64,000 bases of DNA, taken from the NCBI GenBank assembly GCA_963707025.1, contig CAVPOM010000009.1, positions 288,001 through 352,000 of the forward strand, written 5' to 3'. A program made the position numbers and the translations under genes. The notes beneath the pieces were generated by a model that saw only the letters and a program-made list of their open reading frames with translations, was not told the origin of the DNA and made no database searches. Below, in pieces: positions 48,389 through 58,029 of this stretch. Source of the DNA: an uncultured Verrucomicrobiae bacterium (GTDB lineage: Bacteria > Verrucomicrobiota > Verrucomicrobiia > Limisphaerales > Palsa-1400). Every line of letters starts with the position of its first letter. The stretch's first letter is position 1.

Positions 48389-50529
48389 AAAACATTCTTC
48401 GCTTGATCCTGCGGTTGTTGTTTGGTTATCACGCCTTTAACACGGCCGCGCTGCAGGAGCCGGGGCCGCTCCTGCTCCTGCCCAACCACGTCTCGTGGCT
48501 TGACTGGCTTTTTCTGGGCTGCTGCCTGGACGGGCGCTGGCGCTTCGTCGTCTCCGCCCAGGCCGCCCAGGTCAGTTTCGTCCATCGCTTCATTATGATC
48601 AACCGCCTCACCTTCCCGGTGGACACCGATTCGCCCTACGCTGTCAAGCGCATGGCGGAACATTTGCAGGCCGGCGGAAAACTGGTCATCTTCCCTGAAG
48701 GCCGCCTCTCCCGCACCGGCGCCCTCATGAAACTGTTTGACGGCACCGGCTTCCTGCTGTTCAAAACCAACGCCAAAGTCATCACCTGCTATTTGCGCGG
48801 CGCCCGCCGCCTCCCCTTCTCGCCCAATCCAAACCGGAAGAAATGGTTCGCCCGCGTCACCGCCCATTTCAGCGGCCTGTTGACGCCGCCGCGCCTGACG
48901 GGCATGAGCACCGCGCGCGCCCGGCAAAAACTCACCCGCTGGCTCTACGACACCATGGTCCAACAGCAATTCGACGTCGAGCTGGCCGCCTCGCCCAAAA
49001 ACGTCCTGGCCGCCATCCTGCAAACCGCGCGGCAGTTTCCCGGCGTCGTCGCGCTGGAAGATGTCACGCATAAAAAGCTGACTTACCGGCGGCTCCTGGC
49101 CGGGGCGGACGCGCTGGCCGGCCAGTGGCGGCGGCAATGGCCCGGCGGCGGCCCGGCGCGCGTGGGCGTGCTGCTCCCCAGTTCCCTGGCCATGCCGGTC
49201 ACCTTGCTCAGCCTGTGGCGGGCGCAAAAAATTCCGGCCATTCTCAACTTTTCCACCGGCGTCGCCACCATGCTGGCCTGCGCCCAACTGGCCGGGCTGA
49301 AACAAATCATCACCTCCAAAACTTTTCTGGAGCGGGCCAGATTAAACCTGCAAGTGCTTCAGGACGCCGGCCTGGAGTTGCTTTATCTGGAAGACATCCG
49401 CGCCAAAATCTCGCGCGCCGCCCAATTCCGCTCCCTGCTGCGAGTGGTCTTCCGCCCGCAATCTTTGATCCCCGATCCCCGATTCGCCATCTTTGATCCG
49501 CCCTCCGAAGTGGCCCTGGTTCTTTTCACCAGCGGCTCGGAAGGCACGCCCAAGGGAGTGGAACTGACCCATGCCAACCTGGTGGCCAATGTCCGCCAAT
49601 TGCTGGCGGTGCTGGATGTGACGGAGGCCGACCGCATTTTCAACTGCCTGCCCCTGTTTCACAGCTTTGGCATCGTCGCCACCATCCTGCCTTTGATCCA
49701 CGGCTGCTATGTTTTCCTCTATCCATCCCCGCTGCACTGCCGGGTGATTCCGACCTTGATCTACAACCTGGATTGCACCATTTTCATCGGCACCAACACC
49801 TTTCTCAACGGCTACGCCCGCAAGGCCAATCCGTTCGATTTCCGCTCCCTGCGCCTGCTCCTCGCCGCCGCCGAAAAACTCCAGGAAGCGACCGCCAGCG
49901 CCTGGGCGCGCCAGTTTGGCGTGCGGATTTTGGAAGGTTACGGCGCGACCGAATGCAGCCCCACCATCACGGTCAATACCCCGGTCCACCCGCGCTTTGG
50001 CACCGCCGGCCGGTTCCTGCCGGGCATCGAATACAAATTCGAGCCGGTGGAAGGCGTGGCCCAGGGCGGCCGCTTATGGGTGCGCGGCCCCAACCTCATG
50101 CGCGGCTATTTGAACCCGGAGGCCAATGAAAAATTCCTCGCCGGCCGCGGCTGGTACGACACCGGCGACATCGCCAGCGTGGATGAAGACGGCTTCCTGC
50201 AAATCCTGGGCCGCCTCAAACGCTTCGCCAAAGTCAGCGGCGAAATGGTCAGCCTCACCGCCGCCGAAGAAGCCCTGGCCGGCGCCTTCCCGCAATATGG
50301 GTTGCGCTTTCAAGTCGCCGTCCTGGCCCGTCCCGACCCCGAGCGGGGCGAGTGCCTGGTCGCGGTGGCCAACGACCAGAGAGTGACCATGGACGAAATT
50401 CGCGCCGCCATCAGGGCCAGGGGCTTGAGCAACCTTTATGTGCCGCGCGAAATCAAATACACCCGCGAAATTCCCAAGCTGGGAACCGGCAAATTGGACC
50501 ATCGCGCCCTGCAAAAACTTGTCATGTAG
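48385..50529 (+). CDS. aas: Bifunctional 2-acyl-GPE acyltransferase / acyl-ACP synthetase
   Basis: PNHVSWLD, IFPEG, FTSGSEGTPKG, EGYGATE, WYDTGD, GRLKRFAKVSGEMVSL. Confidence 0.92.
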   Translation: MKNILRLILRLLFGYHAFNTAALQEPGPLLLLPNHVSWLDWLFLGCCLDGRWRFVVSAQAAQVSFVHRFIMINRLTFPVDTDSPYAVKRMAEHLQAGGKLVIFPEGRLSRTGALMKLFDGTGFLLFKTNAKVITCYLRGARRLPFSPNPNRKKWFARVTAHFSGLLTPPRLTGMSTARARQKLTRWLYDTMVQQQFDVELAASPKNVLAAILQTARQFPGVVALEDVTHKKLTYRRLLAGADALAGQWRRQWPGGGPARVGVLLPSSLAMPVTLLSLWRAQKIPAILNFSTGVATMLACAQLAGLKQIITSKTFLERARLNLQVLQDAGLELLYLEDIRAKISRAAQFRSLLRVVFRPQSLIPDPRFAIFDPPSEVALVLFTSGSEGTPKGVELTHANLVANVRQLLAVLDVTEADRIFNCLPLFHSFGIVATILPLIHGCYVFLYPSPLHCRVIPTLIYNLDCTIFIGTNTFLNGYARKANPFDFRSLRLLLAAAEKLQEATASAWARQFGVRILEGYGATECSPTITVNTPVHPRFGTAGRFLPGIEYKFEPVEGVAQGGRLWVRGPNLMRGYLNPEANEKFLAGRGWYDTGDIASVDEDGFLQILGRLKRFAKVSGEMVSLTAAEEALAGAFPQYGLRFQVAVLARPDPERGECLVAVANDQRVTMDEIRAAIRARGLSNLYVPREIKYTREIPKLGTGKLDHRALQKLVM

Positions 50530-50533
50530 ATTT

Positions 50534-51286
50534 ATGAATGCCGTTTTCCTCGCTTTTGTCCTTTGCGTCGCTCTGGCGCAACCAGTAAAGGCCGCGCCCG
50601 TGCCCGCCCAAAAACAGCCCGGCGCCCAAGCCGCGCCGCCGGATTGTGTCATCCTGATGCATGGATTGGGCCGGACTCCTCTGAGCATGAAGTGGCTGGA
50701 ATGGACGCTGGAGCGGGCCGGCTACCAAGTCGTCAACTTGGGCTATCCGTCACGCCGGTTCAACGTCCAACGGCTGGCAGAAGATTACCTGGACAAGGCC
50801 GTCGTTGCCCGGAGCCAGGCTGGGCGGATTCACTTTGTCACCCATTCCTTGGGGGGCATCGTGCTGCGAGACTATTTGGCCGGTCGTGCCATGACCAACC
50901 TCGGCCGCGTCGTCATGCTCGCGCCGCCCAATCACGGCAGCGAGCTGGCGGACCGCCTCAAGCAAAGCGCCCTGGGCCGCTGGATTCTTGGTCCGGCCGG
51001 CTGCCAACTCGGCACCGGCGCGTCGGAATTGCCCGAGCGGCTGGGGCCGGCCCATTTCCAAGCCGGCGTGATCGCGGCGGATGGCCCGGTTCATCCCTGG
51101 TTTTATCGAGTCTTCTCCGGCCCCAACGACGGCAAAGTATCAGTGGAGAGCGCCAAACTGGACGGCATGGCTGATTTCCTGGTGGTGCCTGGCAGCCACA
51201 CCTGGATCATGTGGCGCTCCGACACGGCACGCCAGGTTTTGGCCTTTTTGCAACACGGCCATTTCGCGCGGGACCAGCAACGGTAA
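50534..51286 (+). CDS. Exported alpha/beta hydrolase (lipase/esterase)
   Basis: Signal peptide, LMHGLGR, VTHSLGG, PPNHGS, NDGKVSV, SHTW. Confidence 0.85.
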   Translation: MNAVFLAFVLCVALAQPVKAAPVPAQKQPGAQAAPPDCVILMHGLGRTPLSMKWLEWTLERAGYQVVNLGYPSRRFNVQRLAEDYLDKAVVARSQAGRIHFVTHSLGGIVLRDYLAGRAMTNLGRVVMLAPPNHGSELADRLKQSALGRWILGPAGCQLGTGASELPERLGPAHFQAGVIAADGPVHPWFYRVFSGPNDGKVSVESAKLDGMADFLVVPGSHTWIMWRSDTARQVLAFLQHGHFARDQQR

Positions 51287-51324
51287 GCCCCAATTAGTGC
51301 GAATGGTCGAATGTTGATGTCGAG

Positions 51325-51696
51325 CTAGCCATTTTCTTTAGGCTCCCACAACTCGATGGGATTCCCTTCCGGATCATGTAATCGGGCGAACCGGCCGTTG
51401 GGGTGGATTTCGGGATCCACGGCGACCTCGATGCCCGCAGCACGGAGCTGTGCCGCCATGGCCTCCAGGTCCCTCACGCGAAAGTTCATCATCCAGCTCT
51501 GCTTCTTCTTCCCGAAGTAATCGGTATCCCTGGGGAACGCGGCCAATACGGTCGGGCCCGCTTCCTGGCGCCAGGGTGGCTGATGGTAGTCCGACGGTGC
51601 GGGATCAACTCCGAGGTTTTCCTGATACCACCGGCCCATTGCCAGGGGATCCTTCGCCCGGAAGAAGATGCCTCCGATGCCGGTGACTCGCTCCAT
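51325..51696 (-). CDS. VOC/glyoxalase family protein
   Basis: VTGIGGIFFRAKDP, MMNFRVRDL, DPEGNPIELWEP. Confidence 0.9.
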   Translation of the reverse strand: MERVTGIGGIFFRAKDPLAMGRWYQENLGVDPAPSDYHQPPWRQEAGPTVLAAFPRDTDYFGKKKQSWMMNFRVRDLEAMAAQLRAAGIEVAVDPEIHPNGRFARLHDPEGNPIELWEPKENG

Positions 51697-51737
51697 ATTC
51701 AGTCCTCAGCTAAAAACCAATTGTGTCAAACACACAT

Positions 51738-52601
51738 TTAAAGCCGGTATTTTGAACCGCCACATTTCGGGGGAGGCTCGATGCGCGGCGGAATGGGAAC
51801 ACGCCGGCGCAGTTCCACCGGAGGCGGGACCGGGGGCGGAGGGGGTGCTTTCGGCGGTGGCGGCGGCAGAGAGGCCGCTGTCTTTATTTCTGAAACCCAC
51901 TGGCTGGCCCGGCTGGTCGTCTCCCCGATCTTTTCCGCGGCCATTTTCAATCCGCCGCTCAATTCGGCGCTGGCCCGGGTCAGCAGTTCCTCCGCCGCCG
52001 CACCGATGGAGGGCATGGGCGGCGACGCCGGGGTCGGCACGGAGGCACGGTCCAGTGCGTCGTAGCCATTGACAATCCAATCCAGCTTGCCGGTGGCCGT
52101 GTCCACCATCAGCCCATGCACCGGAATTTTCGGTCCAATGAGCGGGCTGCGGCGCGCAAAATCCACGCCGCGGATGACGTTCTGCTGTTCGCTGGCAAAC
52201 ACCCCGAAGTAATCCGTCAAGTTTTCCGGCAAGACATGCCGCTCAATGCCCAACGCCTTGAAACGGTCAATCAACTGGCTGATCGTGGTCTCGCGGACTT
52301 TGCAGTCGGTATGGCCGATGATGGCGATTTCGCGTCCGCCCTTCAGCGCGCAAGCCAGGGCCATGGAGCGCATCGTGCTGCTCAAGGGGCTGGTGATGAT
52401 GTTGCCGGCATTGCGCAGCCAGATGAAATACTCTTCCGGCAGGCCGAGGACTCCGGGAAAGAAGCGGTTCAGGCGCACGTCAATGCAGGTCAGCGCGACC
52501 ACCGGCAGTTCCGCGGCGAAATCGGCGACGTGGACGCCGGCCCGGTTGTCGCCGGCGACGGCGCGATGATTGGCATCGAGAATGGCATCAAACAAGCGCA
52601 T
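51738..52601 (-). CDS. Beta-class carbonic anhydrase with Pro-rich C-terminal extension
   Basis: LTCIDVRL, RNAGN, IIGHTDC Zn ligands. Confidence 0.85.
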   Translation of the reverse strand: MRLFDAILDANHRAVAGDNRAGVHVADFAAELPVVALTCIDVRLNRFFPGVLGLPEEYFIWLRNAGNIITSPLSSTMRSMALACALKGGREIAIIGHTDCKVRETTISQLIDRFKALGIERHVLPENLTDYFGVFASEQQNVIRGVDFARRSPLIGPKIPVHGLMVDTATGKLDWIVNGYDALDRASVPTPASPPMPSIGAAAEELLTRASAELSGGLKMAAEKIGETTSRASQWVSEIKTAASLPPPPPKAPPPPPVPPPVELRRRVPIPPRIEPPPKCGGSKYRL

Positions 52602-52619
52602 ATTTACTTTGGGTTAAGT

Positions 52620-53015
52620 TTATTCTGAAGAGCTGTTGCGACCGCTCAGAGTCTTAAATAATCGTTGAGTGAGCTTCAAATGCTCTCGCAATGAGTCCAA
52701 CTCAACTGGTTGGTCGGAAAAGCCGGGATAGCGGTCGGCGATATAGCCACTAGTGAGGACGGAGGCCGTTTCGCAGTACCAACCAAGATCAAGGGCGCGT
52801 TCCTCAAGTTCCTGAATCAATTCCGTCAGATCATGCGTCTTGCGCAGATTCCAACCCAGTTGGATTAACTTGCCCTTGCAAGCTTTCTCGGCGGTTTGTT
52901 GCAAATGGAACAGGCAATCTTCGGCATCACCTTCGGCTATTCGTTTGACGGCGCGATCAAGATCCTTCGCGGCGAAATCAAACCAGACCTGAGGATCACG
53001 AGGATTGGCGGGCAT
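52620..53015 (-). CDS. HEPN domain protein
   Basis: W...A..DL..A, CLFHLQQTAEKACKG, KTHDL, RYP. Confidence 0.85.
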   Translation of the reverse strand: MPANPRDPQVWFDFAAKDLDRAVKRIAEGDAEDCLFHLQQTAEKACKGKLIQLGWNLRKTHDLTELIQELEERALDLGWYCETASVLTSGYIADRYPGFSDQPVELDSLREHLKLTQRLFKTLSGRNSSSE

Positions 53016-53370
53016 AGATTTTAACCCCGCTTCGCGCGATTTCGCCGTAAAGGCCAAACGGATGCGCTTGCTCGTAGGCCCACTGGCTTTTGGTGATGGC
53101 AATGACATCCAATGGCGGACGATGGCGAACCTTTGCCGCGGTCTTGAATGACGCCAAATTCGGACGATCCAATCCGTGCCCATCGGCCAGCACCACCAGC
53201 AAGTCCAGATCGCTGTTGTCCGTCGCTTTGCCGTCCGCCCGGGAGCCAAAAACCCAAACCTCTTCCACAGGCAGCGCATTGACCAGGGCGGCAACACATC
53301 TCGGCAAGACATCACCGGCTCTCTCACCGTGAACGACGGGCAAATCAATGACTTCTACACAGGCTTTCAT
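52996..53370 (-). CDS. Minimal nucleotidyltransferase (MNT)
   Basis: VWVFGSRADG..DSDLDLLVV..LDVI; overlaps the HEPN gene. Confidence 0.88.
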   Translation of the reverse strand: MKACVEVIDLPVVHGERAGDVLPRCVAALVNALPVEEVWVFGSRADGKATDNSDLDLLVVLADGHGLDRPNLASFKTAAKVRHRPPLDVIAITKSQWAYEQAHPFGLYGEIARSGVKIYARQSS

Positions 53371-53423
53371 GGACCACTTTCAATATAGTTGATCGCGGCG
53401 GAATTTGCCAGCAACTACGCCTC

Positions 53424-53501
53424 TCATTTGGACGGCGGCGCTTTTGTCCTCCGCGCGACCGCACGATGATTGGCATCAAGCATGGCATCGAAGAGGCGCA
53501 T
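53424..53501 (-). pseudogene. Degenerate duplicate of the carbonic anhydrase 5' end
   Basis: MRLFDAMLDANHRAVA versus MRLFDAILDANHRAVA at 52601. Confidence 0.85.
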
Positions 53502-53587
53502 GAAAATATTTGATGGCGTTTTTGTACGGTGCCACGGCGTTCAAATAATTTTGGCTCCAGGCTTGGATGCTCTTGCCGCAAGCAGGA

Positions 53588-53806
53588 TCAACCGGGATAA
53601 AAGTTGCTTCTTTTGGGATGGCCGATGGCGTGGTAAAGCAGCGCGCCGATGAAGTGCAGGAAGACCATGACCAGCACCCAGCAAATGCTCTCGGTGTCGC
53701 TGAGCCCCTTGTTTTGAATGGCGGAAACGAGCATCCAAATCCAGAACGCCGTAGCCAACAACGCCAGCGGGATGATGAAAAGCAAGAGGAGTAGAGGCTG
53801 AGACAT
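53588..53806 (-). CDS. PLDc_N-like small two-TM protein
   Basis: FWIWMLV..W..V..LHFIGALLY. Confidence 0.7.
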   Translation of the reverse strand: MSQPLLLLLFIIPLALLATAFWIWMLVSAIQNKGLSDTESICWVLVMVFLHFIGALLYHAIGHPKRSNFYPG

Positions 53807-53823
53807 ATTTTGTCCTTTTTGGT

Positions 53824-55360
53824 TTACTTGTTCTCTTCCTTGCCCCGGCCCATCGCGTTTTTCAGCGCGGGCACCTGTTCGAGCAGCTTTTCAAATTTGA
53901 TGCCTGTCAGGCTCTCGATCACCGGCGGCAACTGGGCGATGATCTGGGTGATGTCGCCGGTCAGTTTGCTGGCCCCGCCGCCGGCGCCGCCGCCGCTGTT
54001 GATGATGACGATCTTCTCGGTCTTGGCCAGCGGCTCGCTGACTTTGCCCGCCACTTCGGGCAGGATGCGCACGATCATTTCGATGACCGCCGCCTCGTTA
54101 TATTGCTTGAAGGAATCGGCTTTGAGCTTCATGGCTTCGGCGGTGGCGCTCCTTGCGCCTCGATGATGGCCGCCTCGGCCAGGCCGCGCGCCTTGTTGGC
54201 ATCGGCCTCGGCCAAGCCGGTCGCCTTGACCACGTCGGCGGCGGCAAAGCCCTTGGCCTTGGCCGCGGTGGCCGCGCCCGCCGCCTCGGTTTCGAGTTGG
54301 AATTTGCGTGGCGTTGGCCAGGGTTTCCACGCGGTAACGCTCGGCGTCGGCCGGTTTTTGCACGTTGGCTTCCAGCTCGCGCTGCCTGCGCTGGATTTCC
54401 TGCTGTTGCAACTCGATTTGCTTCTGCTTCTCAATGATGCTGACCTGGACCTCCTCGGCCTTGACCAGTTGGCCGGTCTTGAACTTCTGCAAATCGTAAG
54501 CCAGGTCGGCTTCGGCTTTCTTCTGATTGACTGCGGCCTGATAGACTGCGACGTTGCATTGATAATCCCGCTGCGCCTCGGCAATCTTGGTGTCGGCGAG
54601 CGAACTTGGCTTCCTGCCCGGCCTGGGTCGCCTGCGAGGACCGGATCATGGCGTCCCGGTCGGCTTCGGCCTGGGCGATGTCGGCGTCGCGTTTGACCTG
54701 GGCGATGCGCGGCTTGCCCAAGGCATCCAGATAACCCTGCGTGTCGCGAATATCGCGGATGGTGAAGCTGACAATGCCCAGCCCCATGTTGGCCATGTCG
54801 CCGGCGGCCACTTCCTGTACCTTGGAGGCGAAGGCGTCTCGGTTCTGGTAAATATCCTCCACCGTCATCGTGCCCAGAATGGCCCGCAAGTGGCCTTCCA
54901 GGGTCTGGGTGGCGACATTCTTGATCTCGTCGATCGTCTTGCTCAGCAACTGCTCGGCGGCGGTGGCGATGGAAATGTCGTCGCCTTTGATCTTGATCTG
55001 GGCCACCCCATCCACCTTGACCGGCACGCCTTTGCTGGTATAAACCTCCGGCGTCTGCACATCTATGGTCAGCAACTCCAGCGACAGCCGGTCCACTTTC
55101 TCCAGCACCGGGATGACGAAGGTGCCGCCGCCCTTGACAATGCGGAAGCCCCGGTCGCGCATCGTGCCGTCCGGGTCGGCGTAGCGATGTTTGCGCCCGG
55201 AAACGATCAGCACCTCGTTGGGGCCCACCTTGGTGTAGCGGCTGGCCCAAATGGCGGCAAAGACGAAAATGACAACGACTATTCCGACCGCCGCCATCAC
55301 GCCTTTCGGACCGAGGCCGAGAATGTTGAGTTGTCCGAGCAGGAGCGAATTTGTAAGCAT
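53824..55360 (-). CDS. Flotillin (SPFH) family protein (indels)
   Basis: VGPNEVLIVSG, TLEGHLRAILGTMTVE, YLDALGKPRIA, KPADAERY, AEAMKLKA..YNEAA. Confidence 0.9.
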
Positions 55361-55391
55361 AGGTTTTTGGGAGTTTGGCCGAAGCCGTGGT

Positions 55392-55955
55392 TTAAAGGGG
55401 CGTGACGTAAAACTGCGTGCCGGTGATGCGGTTGATTTTGACCGTCTGCCCGCTCCCCACCGCGCAACCCGACTCGGTGCGCGCGGGCGCGGTGTAACGC
55501 GAACCGCCCTGCACATAGGCGATTTCCCCGACCCCCTGTTGCGGGATGGGCGAGATCACCGTGGCATCCTGGCCCACCAGCAGCCCGATGTGCCCCTCGC
55601 TGGTGCTTTGCGTCTTGTGAAAAATATAGCCGAAGACCCACAACACCGCTCCGGCGATAATCGCCCCGCCCAAAAGAGACAGCGGCATGCTGACCCAGAC
55701 GCTGCGGGTGGCTTCGATGCTGGAGAAAATCATCCCGAAGCCGCCGAAAGCGGTGAGGAAGGAGCAAATCGTCGTCGGGCTGAAGGGCGACAACCCCGGC
55801 ATGCCCGTATCGTTGAACCCGGCCTCGGCATGGCCACCCGTTCCGATTTCCGCGTGAGCGTCATGCCCTCCGCCCAACAGATGGCCGAACAACGCGCTGA
55901 AAATCGTGAACACCAGGCCCACAAAAAAACAAATTTCATAAACGATAGAGTCCAT
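55392..55955 (-). CDS. NfeD-like (YuaF-type) membrane protein
   Basis: 3 TM plus OB fold (ATVISPIP..GVGEI); upstream of flotillin; GGAG RBS. Confidence 0.85.
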   Translation of the reverse strand: MDSIVYEICFFVGLVFTIFSALFGHLLGGGHDAHAEIGTGGHAEAGFNDTGMPGLSPFSPTTICSFLTAFGGFGMIFSSIEATRSVWVSMPLSLLGGAIIAGAVLWVFGYIFHKTQSTSEGHIGLLVGQDATVISPIPQQGVGEIAYVQGGSRYTAPARTESGCAVGSGQTVKINRITGTQFYVTPL

Positions 55956-56226
55956 AAGTTTTTCTCCAATTAGATCACGCGTTATCTTGCGCGCCCTTAT
56001 TATTAGCAGGTCCCTTTCCCGAAATCACCTACAAAATGACGCCCTGATTGTAGTCGTCCCAAACACCCCGCCGCCACCGGGCGCAGTCCGCCGCCACCCC
56101 ATCCGCAACGGCCTGTCCGGCGCGCCGAAGCGCCTGGGGGACAAGCCCTTCCGCAACCATTCCCAGTCCCCCGCTGTTTTCAGTGGAATGAAAAGCGACG
56201 TTTGGTGCGTCATCATGGCTTTTGCC

Positions 56227-56326
56227 AATCCCGACGGGATTGAAGCTTTCGCCCAGGGTTGCGAGTTGCGAAGCCAGGCCACTCCGGCCAAGAATACAGG
56301 GAATCAGGAACCGGAAAGGGTTGAAT
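56227..56326. repeat. Second copy of the AATCCC..GGGATTG intergenic element
   Basis: Shares AATCCC-N3-GGGATTG, GCCCAGGGTTG and AACC.GAAAG blocks with 20611-20707. Confidence 0.65.
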
Positions 56327-56428
56327 TTCCAGCGCGGCAATGCTCCCCCTTAATACGTTTGTCGCCGCGGGTCAAAAACGGATCGGGGGTTCAGGCCGGT
56401 GGCCGCGGCCTCCGCGGAAACGGAGCCA

Positions 56429-56962
56429 TCAGGGCGCCCTGCTGGCAAACAAATTCTCCGCCAGCTCCGCCTCCTGCGCCTGGGCTTCCGCCATCATTTG
56501 CCTTGCCTCCGCGTCGTCCCGGTCGCGCCGCAGAACCAGGCGGCACGCGTTCTGCGCCGCCTCGTGCTGTCCGGCGTCCAGGTGAATTCTGGCCAGGATT
56601 TTCAAAGCGGTCGCTTCGGTTGGATCAAGCGCGATGGCGCGGAGGGCCGCGTGGGCCGCCTCGGCGGTGCGTCCCAGCTTTTGGCAGGCCAGGGCCAGGC
56701 TGGAATGCGCCGCGGCCGATTTTGGCAGGAGGCGTGCCGCGCTCGTATAAGCCACCCGCGCCGTCCCGAAATTCCCCAGACCCATCTCCACATGCCCAAG
56801 GGCCAGCGGCACTTCCCCGTTGTCCGGCGCCTGTTGCATGGCCTGGGCCAGCCGCTCGCGCGCTTCGGCGATGTGCTCGCATCGCCAGGCCTCGTACGGC
56901 TCGGCGGCGCCTTCGGATTCCACCCCGTTTTCCGCCCGGTTGGCGGTGGCGAAAGCCTTCAT
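56429..56962 (-). CDS. Tetratricopeptide repeat protein
   Basis: Repeating LG..A..AY..A..L.P pattern; ATGA overlap with the upstream gene. Confidence 0.8.
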   Translation of the reverse strand: MKAFATANRAENGVESEGAAEPYEAWRCEHIAEARERLAQAMQQAPDNGEVPLALGHVEMGLGNFGTARVAYTSAARLLPKSAAAHSSLALACQKLGRTAEAAHAALRAIALDPTEATALKILARIHLDAGQHEAAQNACRLVLRRDRDDAEARQMMAEAQAQEAELAENLFASRAP

Positions 56963-57267
56963 ATTTGCAGCAGGTTGAAGACGGACTCCGGGCTTAGATT
57001 GGCCTGCGCCGCCAGAGCGGGCGCGGACTGGGAAGGAAGGTTGGCGCGGATGAACTCGGTGACTTGATCGGCGCCGGCCGCGTCGCTGATTGTCGCAACT
57101 CCCGGCTCATCCAAAGGAACCAGTCCCTGCAGCCGCCCGAACGACGGATCGGCGCCGGAGGTTTTGGGGGCGGCGATGGCGGCGGGCGCGGGCGAAGAAT
57201 CGGCGGCCCGGCCGTTCCGCAAATCCGGGGCGGTCGAGTCGGGCGAAAGACTGGTGTTGATGAACAT
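56959..57267 (-). CDS. Mini flagellin-like protein (Flagellin_C region only)
   Basis: ISDAAGADQVTEFIRANLPSQSAPALAAQANLSPESVFNLLQ matches the flagellin C-terminus; N-terminus MFINTS. Confidence 0.75.
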   Translation of the reverse strand: MFINTSLSPDSTAPDLRNGRAADSSPAPAAIAAPKTSGADPSFGRLQGLVPLDEPGVATISDAAGADQVTEFIRANLPSQSAPALAAQANLSPESVFNLLQI

Positions 57268-57271
57268 GGAA

Positions 57272-57538
57272 TTACTGGCCCAGCAAAGCTGGGGCCGGTT
57301 TGGATGCTGCGGACGCCGGTGGTTTGGCCAGGAAACGGGAAAGTGGCGGGCGGTTGTCCCTCAACGCTTCCTTGTTATTGCGTTGGATTTCATCATAGAC
57401 CTCCTGGCGATGCACCGGCACCTCCCGCGCCGCCTCAATGCCGACTTTGACCATGTCGCCCTCCAGCCGCACAATCTTCACGACGATGCGGCCGTCAATT
57501 ACGATGCTTTCGCCCGGTTTGCGAGATAGAATGAGCAT
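57272..57538 (-). CDS. csrA: Carbon storage regulator CsrA
   Basis: MLILSRKPGESIVI..VKVGIEA..VHRQEVY. Confidence 0.95.
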   Translation of the reverse strand: MLILSRKPGESIVIDGRIVVKIVRLEGDMVKVGIEAAREVPVHRQEVYDEIQRNNKEALRDNRPPLSRFLAKPPASAASKPAPALLGQ

Positions 57539-57557
57539 AACATTGCGCCCGGAAACT

Positions 57558-57986
57558 TCACGAGGCGGCCAGTGGATGGTGCAGCGAGTATTTGGCCGCG
57601 TTATTCAGAATCACCTGCTTGCCGATAAGCGTGCGCCGGTTGATCACCACCGGGCCTTTCAAATTCACCGTCGCCTTGCCGTTGCCGCGCAAGGTCACGA
57701 TGTTGAGCAAAAAAGCGTCGGATGGATCGGTCAGTCCCAGAAAATCAACCTCCTCATCGCTGATGTCCGGCTGATAATCGGCCACCAGGTGGGAGGGTGG
57801 CGCGACCAGAAACGCCCGCTTGGTGTCGTCCAGCATCTGGAACCACATGAACGGCTCCTCTGCCGGGTTGGCCAAAAGAACATACTCTTTGACATGCTCA
57901 AAGCCCAACAATCCGAACGGCAGCCGGATCGTCTCTCTTCCTTCACTTTGGCGTGTCTTTGGTTCGGTTAATTCTACAGTGATCAT
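57558..57986 (-). CDS. fliW: Flagellar assembly factor FliW
   Basis: PFGLLGFE, FMWFQ, Y.PDI, TVNLKGPVVIN..GKQVIL. Confidence 0.92.
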   Translation of the reverse strand: MITVELTEPKTRQSEGRETIRLPFGLLGFEHVKEYVLLANPAEEPFMWFQMLDDTKRAFLVAPPSHLVADYQPDISDEEVDFLGLTDPSDAFLLNIVTLRGNGKATVNLKGPVVINRRTLIGKQVILNNAAKYSLHHPLAAS

Positions 57987-58013
57987 GTTCGTGTATAATC
58001 GTTGTGTTCATAG

Positions 58014-58029
58014 AGCAAAGGGTATGCCA
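58014..58029 (-). promoter_or_regulatory. sigma54 (-24/-12) promoter of the fliW operon
   Basis: TGGCATACCCTTTGCT = GG-N10-GC, 27 nt upstream of the fliW ATG. Confidence 0.75.

Noticed and set aside
55987..56428. ORFs between nfeD and the TPR gene
   Set aside because: They mostly translate a repeat element and promoter DNA; no coding signal.
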